From NCBI RefSeq assembly GCF_000010625.1, contig NC_010296.1:4020001-4052000 (forward strand): 32,000 bases of DNA, in the 5' to 3' direction. Below are positions 8,861-17,213 of this stretch, in pieces (positions within the stretch are counted from its first letter, which is position 1; every line of letters starts with the position of its first letter). Both the position numbers and the translations under genes were made by a program. Source of the DNA: Microcystis aeruginosa NIES-843. Lineage in GTDB: Bacteria > Cyanobacteriota > Cyanobacteriia > Cyanobacteriales > Microcystaceae. The notes under the pieces were generated by a model. It saw only the letters and a list, made by a program, of their open reading frames with translations, did not search any database and was not told the DNA's origin.

Positions 8861-8910
8861 AGAGCTTGAAAATTAGCTATTTGATAGTTAGTTTTCAAGC
8901 TCTATTTTCT
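8861..8910 (+). terminator. Rho-independent terminator candidate after psaL-psaI
   Basis: Perfect 12-bp stem agagcttgaaaa (8861-8872) / ttttcaagctct (8892-8903) followed by attttct. Confidence 0.75.
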
Positions 8911-9020
8911 GAGGAAAAAAGAAAAATATTGACCAGATGAAAATGGGTAAAACACTACACCCCACACCCTGGGGCCAGGGTGCATCCCACATTTGCAGAA
9001 ATACCGACAATCAGCAATTA

Positions 9021-9124
9021 TACTAAATCCGTTGAGTATAGGCTACTTATGAAGATAGGCAAAAGGCACTCATGCAAAAGGCAAAAAGGGGGATAAATAA
9101 TCAGTCTTTAATAACCGGATTTAG
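9021..9124 (-). mobile_element. Small palindromic element (MITE-2 family, termini TACTAAATCCG / CGGATTTAG)
   Basis: tactaaatccg at 9021-9031 and ccggatttag at 9115-9124. The interior (gcaaaaggcactcatgcaaaaggcaaaaagggggataaataatcagtctttaataac) is the reverse complement of sequence in the 24639-24909 copies. Confidence 0.6.
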
Positions 9125-9430
9125 AATTATCAGTGACTCTTAAATTAGTACAAAAATATGAACAATCGCGTGTAAGCATCTCACAGTTAACCTAATGCGC
9201 TCCGGGGTTTGGGGGGGTAGAACCCCCCAAAAGCTTGGATTGAGTGATAAAACCGAAAGTAACGCCCAATTTTAGGAGAAAGTTTCCCCTGAAAAATCCC
9301 AAATTAGTAGATTTACAAAAATGATACCAAATCCCTTTTTAATAGTGTGATTAACTCTCAAGTTATGAATTGTTTCTCCCCACACCCCACACCCCACTAT
9401 CCTATACTTTTTAAACAGGATTTAGTATGA

Positions 9431-9473
9431 GATGCACCCCTACCCCCACAAAAAACTTTTTGCCGCAAACCCC
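9431..9473 (-). mobile_element. Fragment of the ~210-bp MITE (left-TIR end, reverse orientation) abutting the kinase stop codon
   Basis: ...cacaaaaaactttttgccgcaaacccc matches the reverse complement of the MITE left end (ggctttgcggcaaaaagttttt...). A second fragment (gaaaatgggtaaaacactacaccccacaccctg) lies at about 8936-8975. Confidence 0.55.
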
Positions 9474-9475
9474 AC

Positions 9476-11671
9476 TTATAAAGCGGTTAGATAGCGGATT
9501 TTTTCCAACAATAGGGAGGGTTGAATGGGTTTGAGGAGATAGTCGTCAATGCCATGACGACCGAGAAAATTAACGCTGATTTCAGGGGTATCATTCAAGA
9601 TTAGCACTTTACTGGCTTGAGTTTGGCGGGATTTTTTTAAAAGATGACAGAGATGATATATATCTGGCATTTTTCGATCGACAATTATAATACCTGGCTG
9701 CACGATCTCAATTTTTTTGATAGCGGAGACACTATCGATTAACCAAATAACTTGATAATGTGCCACCATCAATAACTCACAAATAAGATTGGCGATTTCT
9801 TCGTCACTTTCAATCAAAACTATAGTGGGATGGTGGTGATTAAAATGGGGATTATTATCCGAGGGTTGGGGTTTGGGGGGCTTTTGTTGAGGTAAACGGA
9901 CGGTAAAGATGGAACCTTTATCTAAGCAAGATTCTACCTCGATCGTGCCGCGATGGAGTTCCACTAATTGTTTAGTTAAAGCCAATCCTAATCCTACACC
10001 ACCATAACGACGTTTGCGGGAGCCATCCAACTGGGTAAATTTTTCAAACAGAAGCGGTATTTTTTGAGCAGGAATGCCGATGCCCGTGTCCTCTACCTGA
10101 AAAATGACCTGACTGCCTTCTTTCCACAGTCTCAGCGTGACAGCACCCTGTTCGGGGGTAAATTTTAGGGCATTTTTTAACAAGTATAAAAGTATCTGCT
10201 GAACTCGATCATAATCGGCGTAAAAATAATGCTCTTTTTCGGTAATTTTCATTTCTAAAATCAGATTAATTTCTTTAGTTTCTGCCTCTGTTTTAATAAT
10301 TTCTAAAACATGATTACAGAGATATTTTAGCGAAAATTGTTTAATATCTAAAACAGCTTTCCCCGCCGAAACTTGCGAGAAATTAAGCAAGTCATTGATT
10401 AATTCTAATAGTTTATTGCCGTTATCCTGAATAACTTTTAGATAGTGTTTTTGTTTGTCGGGGGGTAAAAAATTATTGGCTGCCGAGCATTTTTGCAGGG
10501 TACTGGACAAACCGATAATACAAGTTAGGGGAGTTAATAACTCATGACTAATATTATTTAAAAATTCACTTTTGCAGAGGTTAGCGGCTTCTGCGGCCAT
10601 TAAAGTATCTTGTAATTCTTGGGTTCTTTCTATTACCCGGCGTTCAAAAATATCTTTTTGTTCCTGTACTTGAGAATATAATTGCGCTTGATAGATAGCG
10701 ATGGCGAGATGTTCACCAATCTGACCTAAAAATTTCTTTTCTTGCGGCAACCATTGGCGTTTTTCTTGACATTGATGGGCAATTAATAAACCCCACAATT
10801 CTTCTTGTACCACAATCGGGGCGATTAATTTTGATTGCACTTGGTGTTGTCGCAAAAATTCCGACAAACAGAAGGAAGAAGAATAGTTAGCATCCACATC
10901 ATCTACGGCCAGAATTAATCCTTGACGGTACTTTTCTTTGTATTGGGGAATATAGGAAAAACAATCGTCTTCGGGGGTTAAATTTAACACCGAATTTATC
11001 TGTTCAGAAATGCGCGACTCGGAAGTTATTTTTCCCTTTACCTCACTGGTACTGGGAAAAAATTGATAAATTAACAATCGGTCCACTTGCAGAAACTCTC
11101 GCGCTTCCCTGACTACGGTTTCCAGAATCACCGGTAACTCCAGACTCTGACGCATTTGGGTGATGACTTGGTTTAATAATCTTTCCTGTTGGATTTGTTG
11201 GGATAGGGCAGCTTCTACTGGTTGACAAACGGAGAAGATGCGGGAACAATCTCTATCAGCAGACGGAGAAGAAATTATCGAGAGAATTTTGACTAAAATT
11301 TTATTTTGAAAACTGCTGACATTAATGGATAGAGGCAGATTTAAAATTTGATAACCCTGCTGAATTTTTGGGTTGTGGAGAGACTTGACGGACAGTCCTT
11401 GCAGAAAATTTTTAATCGTGTTCGCTTCAAAACTAATGCGGACTTCGTACTGAAAATTATGCCCTTGGGGACTGGCTAACAATAAAGCTTGTAGGTCAGT
11501 GGAAAGCAAGAGTTGATAGATTTCTCCTGTCTGTGGGGGAAGCTCTCTTTCACTGAGACTAATCCTCGGTGCTGTCACCTGTATTGCCAACTGTCCCCAC
11601 CAAGAACGAATTTGTTCGAGGTGAGTAGATGACAACACTTGACAGCAAACATAAGCGGGAGAAGCATTCAT
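9476..11671 (-). CDS. Hybrid sensor histidine kinase (N-terminal sensor region, GAF, HisKA, HATPase_c, C-terminal receiver)
   Basis: 731 aa. H-box SEFLNNISHELLTPLT. ATPase boxes in LKNALKFTP, EDTGIGIP and GGVGLGLALTK. GAF-like segment ...VDRLLIYQF...WGLLIAHQC. Receiver segment TIVLIESDEE...IIIVDRKMPD...YLLKPI. Confidence 0.9.
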   Translation of the reverse strand: MNASPAYVCCQVLSSTHLEQIRSWWGQLAIQVTAPRISLSERELPPQTGEIYQLLLSTDLQALLLASPQGHNFQYEVRISFEANTIKNFLQGLSVKSLHNPKIQQGYQILNLPLSINVSSFQNKILVKILSIISSPSADRDCSRIFSVCQPVEAALSQQIQQERLLNQVITQMRQSLELPVILETVVREAREFLQVDRLLIYQFFPSTSEVKGKITSESRISEQINSVLNLTPEDDCFSYIPQYKEKYRQGLILAVDDVDANYSSSFCLSEFLRQHQVQSKLIAPIVVQEELWGLLIAHQCQEKRQWLPQEKKFLGQIGEHLAIAIYQAQLYSQVQEQKDIFERRVIERTQELQDTLMAAEAANLCKSEFLNNISHELLTPLTCIIGLSSTLQKCSAANNFLPPDKQKHYLKVIQDNGNKLLELINDLLNFSQVSAGKAVLDIKQFSLKYLCNHVLEIIKTEAETKEINLILEMKITEKEHYFYADYDRVQQILLYLLKNALKFTPEQGAVTLRLWKEGSQVIFQVEDTGIGIPAQKIPLLFEKFTQLDGSRKRRYGGVGLGLALTKQLVELHRGTIEVESCLDKGSIFTVRLPQQKPPKPQPSDNNPHFNHHHPTIVLIESDEEIANLICELLMVAHYQVIWLIDSVSAIKKIEIVQPGIIIVDRKMPDIYHLCHLLKKSRQTQASKVLILNDTPEISVNFLGRHGIDDYLLKPIQPSLLLEKIRYLTAL

Positions 11672-11672
11672 T

Positions 11673-11720
11673 TATCAGTTATCAGTTATTAGTTATTAGT
11701 TATCAGTTATCAGTTATCAG
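11673..11720. repeat. Heptamer array TTATCAG/TTATTAG (~7 copies) abutting the kinase start codon
   Basis: Direct reading: tatcagttatcagttattagttattagttatcagttatcagttatcag. Confidence 0.9.
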
Positions 11721-11723
11721 AAG

Positions 11724-11760
11724 GCAGGAGGCTGCGAGGCTGCGAGGCTGCGAGGCAGGA
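11724..11760. repeat. Octamer tandem repeat GAGGCTGC x3 with symmetric flanks
   Basis: Direct reading: gcaggaggctgcgaggctgcgaggctgcgaggcagga. Confidence 0.85.
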
Positions 11761-11787
11761 GATAGGTTGGTCACTGCGTGCGCGTTG

Positions 11788-11860
11788 CGGGGGGTTTTGG
11801 GGGGTTGGGGTTTTGGGGTGTTAGGGTTTTGGGGTGTTAGGGTGTTAGGGTGTTAGGGTT
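11788..11860 (+). repeat. G-rich heptamer tract (GGGGTTTT / GGTGTTA units), G-quadruplex-prone on the plus strand
   Basis: Direct reading: cggggggttttggggggttggggttttggggtgttagggttttggggtgttagggtgttagggtgttaggg. There are more than 10 G-runs of at least 3 separated by 1-5 nt. Confidence 0.85.
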
Positions 11861-11872
11861 TTAGTTGAAATT

Positions 11873-11906
11873 CCCCCACTTCCCACTTCCCACTTCCCAC
11901 TTCCCC
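11873..11906 (-). repeat. CCCACTT heptamer x4 (G-rich on the minus strand)
   Basis: Direct reading: cccccacttcccacttcccacttcccacttcccc. Confidence 0.9.
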
Positions 11907-12059
11907 AGTCATCAGTAAGGGGACTGGGGTTTGGTTTTTAGTGAAGTTTTCTTAATCCCTATCCCCTACTATTCCCTAATCCCTATTGCCTGTTCTTTAA
12001 ATTGCCGCAGACAGATATAATCATCTCTATCTACCTAAGAATGATCCCTCGATCGAGAC

Positions 12060-12104
12060 CCTGATTCTCAAAACCTAATCATTATTTAACCTGACTCTCA
12101 AAAC
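12060..12104 (+). promoter_or_regulatory. Pair of 15-bp direct repeats immediately upstream of the cobN ATG
   Basis: cctgattctcaaaac (12060-12074) and cctgactctcaaaac (12090-12104) differ by 1 mismatch and sit 30 bp apart centre to centre. The second ends 2 nt before the ATG at 12107. Function is unknown. Confidence 0.3.
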
Positions 12105-12106
12105 TT

Positions 12107-15100
12107 ATGCACCGAATTGCTCCCCAAGCGGGTGGTTGGACAGCAGATACCGAAGGGGTGATTATTATTGACCAAAATCCGGCCCCGATTGTTCTCCTCA
12201 CCATGGCCGATACCGATATTCAAACTCTAGCGGCAGCTATCGACCATCTACCCGATAATTTTCCCGCAATTCGCGCCCTGAATTTATCGCAGTTACAGCA
12301 GCAATACAGTATCGATAACTATGGGGACAAGGTACTATCCCAAGCAAGAGTGATTATTCTTCGCTTATTGGGGGGACGGGGGAGTTGGTCCTACGGATTG
12401 GAAGTAGTTAAGGAAATTGTCGAGGACACCGGTGCGACTTTATTTGTCCTCCCGGGAGAGGATAAACCGGATTTAGAGTTGATGAGTCATTCCACTGCTT
12501 CCCTGACTACTGTTAACCAGTTATGGTGCTATTTCACGGAAGCAGGGATAGATAACTGGATTAATGCTGCTAAATTTATCGCGCATACCTGTCTCCATCT
12601 CGACTATCCTCCCTCTCCTCCTCAGGTTGTCCCTCGGTTGGGAATCTATTCCCAGATAACCCTATCCCAACCCCAAGCACGGACTTGGATACTTTTCTAT
12701 CGTTCCCATTATCTCGCGGGTAATACCAAAGCTATCGATGCTTTAATCAGCGCTTTCACCCAAAGAAATATTGAAACTGTCCCTATCTTTCTCTCCTCTC
12801 TGCGGGAAATTGAAGTGCAAGAGGAACTATTAACCCTCTTTTCCCACCATCCCCCAGACCTAATTCTCGATACCACTAGCTTCTCTATCCAGCGACCGGA
12901 AGACAAACAAAATCATCACTTCTGGCAGTCCCTCAATAAACCCATCTTCCAAGTTATCCTCAGCAGCAGCAGTTTAGAAGCTTATCAACAGGGTTATCAA
13001 GGTCTTTCCCCCCGGGATGTGGCCATGAATATCGCTTTACCGGAAATGGATGGCAAAATTATCACCCGCGCTATTTCCTTTAAATCTGTCCTCACCCGAC
13101 ATCCCAAACTAGAAACGGAAATAGTTATCTATCAACCCCTCCCCCACCGGGTTGATTTTGTCGCTGATTTAACCGCAAACTATTGTCAACTCTCCTCCCT
13201 TCCCAACTCCCAGAAAAAAATTGCTCTCATTTTCCCCAACTATCCCAATAAGGATGGTCGTATCGCTAACGGAGTCGGTTTAGATACTCCCGCTAGTGGT
13301 CTGGAAATTCTTCGCGCATTACAAACCCAAGGTTATACCCTCACCGACCTCCCCGACCATAGCGACGAATTAATGCGATTGCTTATTTCCAGTATCACTA
13401 ATGACCTGGAGACAAGGGAATTAAAACCTATCTATCAATCTCTCTCCCTAGAAGCATATCTAGATTATTTCTCCTCCCTTCCCCCCGATAATCAAAGCGC
13501 TATGCTTGACCGTTGGGGACATCCGGACGGGGATTTTCCTATCCCCGGCATCCAGTTAGGTAATGTCTTTATCGGTATTCAACCTTCTCGCGGTTATGAC
13601 CTTGACCCGACTCTTAATTATCATTCCCCCGACCTGGAACCTACCCACAGCTATCTCGCTTTTTACCATTGGTTACGACAGGAATTCCAAGTCACTGCCG
13701 TGATTAATCTCGGTAAACACGGCAATTTAGAATGGCTACCAGGGAAAAGTCTCGCTCTTTCTCCCCATTGTTATCCCGAAATTGCTTTCTCGTCGCTGCC
13801 GAATTTCTATCCGTTTATTGTCAATGACCCCGGAGAAGGTTCCAGCGCTAAAAGACGTTCCCAAGCTGTTATCATCGACCATCTCACTCCCCCGATGACG
13901 CGAGCGGAATTGTATGGGGATTGGGAAAAGTTAGAGTCCCTCATCGATGAATATTATCAAGCAGAATCTCTTGATCCTTCTCGTTTAGCTCTGATTCGCG
14001 AGCGGATTAACGATCTGGTGGCGAAAACTAATCTCGATCGAGAGCTAGGCACGATCTCGCGTAGCGAGCGCGTTGCGACCAGCGCTTCCTTTAGTCAATT
14101 TCTCACCCTCGTGGATGGTTATCTCTGTGAACTCAAGGAAGCACAAATCCGCGACGGTTTACATATCTTCGGTCAATGTCCCCAGGGTCAGCAGTTAATT
14201 GATTTAATCCAATCGATCGCTCGTTCTCCTAGTCCCGACCGCCCCGGTTTAACCCGTTCGATCGCCCTTGACCTCCATCTCGACTGCGACCCCCTGACGG
14301 AATATAACGATACTACTACCTATCTGGAAAGTCTCGCTCAGGATTTAATTAGCCAGAAAATTGAACCTCTAGGCGAAAATACGGCAAAAGAATTGGTTTG
14401 GCTAGAAAATCAGTTAATTCCTGCTTTAAAACAAACCCCCGATGAACTTACCTATCTCTTAAAAGGTCTCACTGGCCAATACGTCCCCAGTGGTGCTTCC
14501 GGCGCTCCCACCCGCGGCCGTCCCGATGTTCTCCCCACCGGCAGAAATTTCTATTCTGTCGATACCCGCGCAATCCCCACAGAAACCGCGTGGGAAGTGG
14601 GAAGAAAGGCCGCAGAGGCACTAATTGAACGTTATACCCAAGAAAATGGCGAATATCCCCGCACTTTGGCGATTTCTATCTGGGGAACCTCGACGATGAG
14701 AAATAGTGGCGAAGATGTGGCCGAAGCCATGGCTTTACTGGGAATTCGTCCCCTTTGGGATGGTTTTTTCCGTCGGGTAGTCGGGTTTGAAATCCTTACC
14801 CCGTCTAGCTTAGGCCGTCCTCGAATTGATGTGACCGTTCGGGTATCGGGCTTTTTTAGGGACAGTTTCCCCAGCATACTACATCTTCTTAATTCTTGCA
14901 TAAATGCGGTAGCTTGTCAAGAGGAAGAGGAAAAAATTAATCCTTTAGCGGCGAAAGTGAAGACAGAGAGGGAGTTTTGGCTAAATCAGGGCTTAGGAGA
15001 AAAGGAGGCGAAACTGAGAGCTACTGCCAGAATCTTTGGCTGCAAACCGGGTGCTTACGGGGCCGGTTTACAGGGGTTAATCGAGTCACAAAACTGGCAA

Positions 15101-15748
15101 AATGATCAAGACTTAGCTAATGCTTATATTAACTGGAGTTGTTATGCCTATGATAGTCAAGGAACTGCCCATTCTTTACCGGAAGTATTGAGAAATAGAC
15201 TGCAAGAATTAGAGATAGTGCTGCACAATCAGGACAATCGAGAACACGATATTTTCGACTCCGATGACTACTATCAATTTCAAGGCGGCTTAACTGCCAG
15301 TGTCCGGGCTTTAACCGGCAAAAATCCCGTCACCTATTTTGGTGATCATTCCCGACCGGAAAATCCCCGCATCAGAAGCCTAGAGGAAGAAATTCGCCGG
15401 GTTTACCGTTCGCGAGTGGTTAATCCCAAATGGATAGCGGGAGTGATGCGACACGGCTATAAAGGCGCTTTCGAGATGGCTGCAACCGTAGATTATATTT
15501 TTGCCTACTCTGCCACTACTCATCTAGTGGAGGATTTTATCTATCAGGGAGTAGCCGAAGCTTATTTATTTGACGACAAGGTACAACAATTTATTCAGGA
15601 GAAAAACCCCTGGGCATTGCGAGATATGGCCGAAAGATTGTTAGAGGCTCAACAACGGGGATTATGGACCCAGGTGGACCAGAAAACTTTAGATCGATTG
15701 AGGGCAATTGTCCATGAGGCCGAAGGAGCGATCGAATCGGGTCAGTAA
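12107..15748 (+). CDS. cobN: Cobaltochelatase subunit CobN (CobN/Mg-chelatase H family)
   Basis: 1213 aa. N-terminus MHRIAPQAGGWTADTEGVIIIDQNPAPIVLLTMADTDIQ is typical of CobN. The size and sequence are consistent with the family across the whole length. Confidence 0.9.
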   Translation: MHRIAPQAGGWTADTEGVIIIDQNPAPIVLLTMADTDIQTLAAAIDHLPDNFPAIRALNLSQLQQQYSIDNYGDKVLSQARVIILRLLGGRGSWSYGLEVVKEIVEDTGATLFVLPGEDKPDLELMSHSTASLTTVNQLWCYFTEAGIDNWINAAKFIAHTCLHLDYPPSPPQVVPRLGIYSQITLSQPQARTWILFYRSHYLAGNTKAIDALISAFTQRNIETVPIFLSSLREIEVQEELLTLFSHHPPDLILDTTSFSIQRPEDKQNHHFWQSLNKPIFQVILSSSSLEAYQQGYQGLSPRDVAMNIALPEMDGKIITRAISFKSVLTRHPKLETEIVIYQPLPHRVDFVADLTANYCQLSSLPNSQKKIALIFPNYPNKDGRIANGVGLDTPASGLEILRALQTQGYTLTDLPDHSDELMRLLISSITNDLETRELKPIYQSLSLEAYLDYFSSLPPDNQSAMLDRWGHPDGDFPIPGIQLGNVFIGIQPSRGYDLDPTLNYHSPDLEPTHSYLAFYHWLRQEFQVTAVINLGKHGNLEWLPGKSLALSPHCYPEIAFSSLPNFYPFIVNDPGEGSSAKRRSQAVIIDHLTPPMTRAELYGDWEKLESLIDEYYQAESLDPSRLALIRERINDLVAKTNLDRELGTISRSERVATSASFSQFLTLVDGYLCELKEAQIRDGLHIFGQCPQGQQLIDLIQSIARSPSPDRPGLTRSIALDLHLDCDPLTEYNDTTTYLESLAQDLISQKIEPLGENTAKELVWLENQLIPALKQTPDELTYLLKGLTGQYVPSGASGAPTRGRPDVLPTGRNFYSVDTRAIPTETAWEVGRKAAEALIERYTQENGEYPRTLAISIWGTSTMRNSGEDVAEAMALLGIRPLWDGFFRRVVGFEILTPSSLGRPRIDVTVRVSGFFRDSFPSILHLLNSCINAVACQEEEEKINPLAAKVKTEREFWLNQGLGEKEAKLRATARIFGCKPGAYGAGLQGLIESQNWQNDQDLANAYINWSCYAYDSQGTAHSLPEVLRNRLQELEIVLHNQDNREHDIFDSDDYYQFQGGLTASVRALTGKNPVTYFGDHSRPENPRIRSLEEEIRRVYRSRVVNPKWIAGVMRHGYKGAFEMAATVDYIFAYSATTHLVEDFIYQGVAEAYLFDDKVQQFIQEKNPWALRDMAERLLEAQQRGLWTQVDQKTLDRLRAIVHEAEGAIESGQ

Positions 15749-15793
15749 TTAGACCTCTTGTAAAAATCAAAAATCTGACCTTAGGTGAGGAGT

Positions 15794-15817
15794 CAGTAGC
15801 CAGTAGTCAGTAGTCAG
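15794..15817. repeat. Short CAGTAGN heptamer array (3.4 copies) after cobN
   Basis: Direct reading: cagtagccagtagtcagtagtcag. Confidence 0.8.
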
Positions 15818-15919
15818 GAGAATTAAGAATGAGCATTAATCAATTAAATGCTCTATCTAAGGATTTTATGCAATTTTATGCCTATTTTTCTCATTTTTGA
15901 ACTCTCAAAAATTAATTAG

Positions 15920-16131
15920 GGTTTGCTGAAAAAGCTTTTCCTGGGGGCAGGGTGTGGGGTGTGGGGTGTGGGGTGTGGGGTTTTACCCATTTTCAGGGGG
16001 TCAATTACCTAATTTTCAGGGAAAAAGTACCTGAATTTTCCCCCCAATCACTCCAAAGGTCGGCACTTTTTGAGGGAAAACAAGTCTAAAAACCCTATCC
16101 AACAAGGTTTTTAGATTTATTCAGCAAACCC
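15920..16131 (+). mobile_element. MITE (~212 bp), complete, flanked by 6-bp direct repeat TAATTA
   Basis: Terminal inverted repeats gggtttgctgaa / ttcagcaaaccc. Internal (GGTGTGG)n G-run and a C-run. TAATTA occurs at 15914-15919 and 16132-16137. Confidence 0.85.
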
Positions 16132-16224
16132 TAATTAGGCAAGAACTCTATTAATAACTGGTCTAGAATCAATCTATCAAGAAATTGCTCAAATTACTTT
16201 AGTAATGAGAAACGGGACTAAATA

Positions 16225-16503
16225 ATGGCCGGAATTGAGGGATTGAGGATTAAAAATTATCGAGCGCTCAAGGATATAACTCTGGGCAAGTTATGGAATA
16301 CTCAAAATCGAGATTCTCTGACACCGATGACGGCCGTTATCGGCAAAAATGGTGTGGGAAAAAGCACAGTTTTTGATGCGTTCGGTTTTTTATCTGATTG
16401 TCTTAAAGGAGGAGTAGAAGAAGCTTGTGATGCGCGAGGTCGGGGCGGGTTTGAGCGTCTTCGTTCCCAGGGTCAGGAAGGAAGCATTGAATTTCAGATT
16501 TAC
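16225..16503 (+). pseudogene. 5' fragment (93 codons) of the ABC/AAA_21-like ATPase gene, duplicate of 22592-22870, cut by an IS605-family left end
   Basis: The first 92 residues match the 22592 gene except A2S and V49L. At the DNA level there are 3 substitutions. Similarity stops at TTAC (16500-16503), where the IS left-end sequence ctaaaatgtcgg begins. The remaining 27 codons of the ORF-track ORF read into IS sequence. Confidence 0.85.
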
Positions 16504-16727
16504 CTAAAATGTCGGATGAATGCCCCCGCTAAATTTTTCGACAAGATACTCACCTTTGCGGGGGATGAAATCCGACCAGGATATTAACTGCAAAGCACGA
16601 TTTTAATTCTACCATCTATGGGTAAACTGTGTTATAATTAAACTATCCAATGGTCGAGGATTGTTAAATGCTAGTCGTAGAAGCAAAGCTAAAAAACGGA
16701 ACACCAGAGCAATATCAGAAACTTGAT
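16504..16727 (+). mobile_element. IS605/IS1341-type remnant: left end plus the first ~20 codons of a tnpB
   Basis: The left end ctaaaatgtcgg matches 210-221. It has nested hairpins gtcggat...atccgac and cccccgc...gcggggg. An ATG at 16668 encodes MLVVEAKLKNGTPEQYQKLD, a typical TnpB N-terminus. Similarity is then lost. Confidence 0.7.
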
Positions 16728-16802
16728 GTAGTCCCTAAGTACCTAAGCAAAATTAATTACACATTTCGATAAAGCTTTTGCCTTTTGCCTATTGCCTTTT
16801 GC

Positions 16803-17213
16803 CTATCCTAACCAAGAAATTAATTTTGCACGACTACTTAATAATCCTAGCAGGGGAGAAAGGGCGATGACTGCCTCCAGGATTTTATCGCCCCGTTTCA
16901 TTAAGGATAATTGTTCATCGGCAGCCGACTCGAGGGCAAAGTGAAAAACCTCTGGATCTGGATTTTCTAAGCGCAGGGGAGCATAAAGATAGCTACCGAT
17001 GGGGTGATTGCGGGAATCTCTGGCGACTTTTGCCGCCACATCCCAATTACGGATGGCCGATTCCATAATCCGGTTTAAAATCTGGCCTTCACTGAGGAGG
17101 GTGCGACTCCAAAACCAAATTCGTTCGATAATAGTGCTAAGAGCTAAAATAGACAGAAAAAGCAGCGGCCACATAGCCACTCCGCCTTTTTGGATTAAAT
17201 CAGTTATACTCAC
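16803..17213 (-). pseudogene. exbB: Truncated MotA/TolQ/ExbB-family proton-channel gene (N-terminal ~125 aa only)
   Basis: GTG start with an aggaggga [37 protein letters not shown]...LSPLLGLL is ExbB/TolQ-like. The frame ends where GTVxG and the last two TM helices should follow. No exbD/tonB partner is adjacent. Confidence 0.6.

Noticed and set aside
11629-11856. 75-aa plus-strand ORF across the kinase/cobN intergenic repeats
   Set aside because: It is a translation of tandem heptamer and octamer repeats (ISYQLLVISYQL..., GVLGFWGVRVLG) and not a gene.
11900-12106. Cobalamin riboswitch upstream of cobN
   Set aside because: I could not find the conserved B12-box or GCCACTG-type core by eye. 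It is left as a check in the findings rather than a call.
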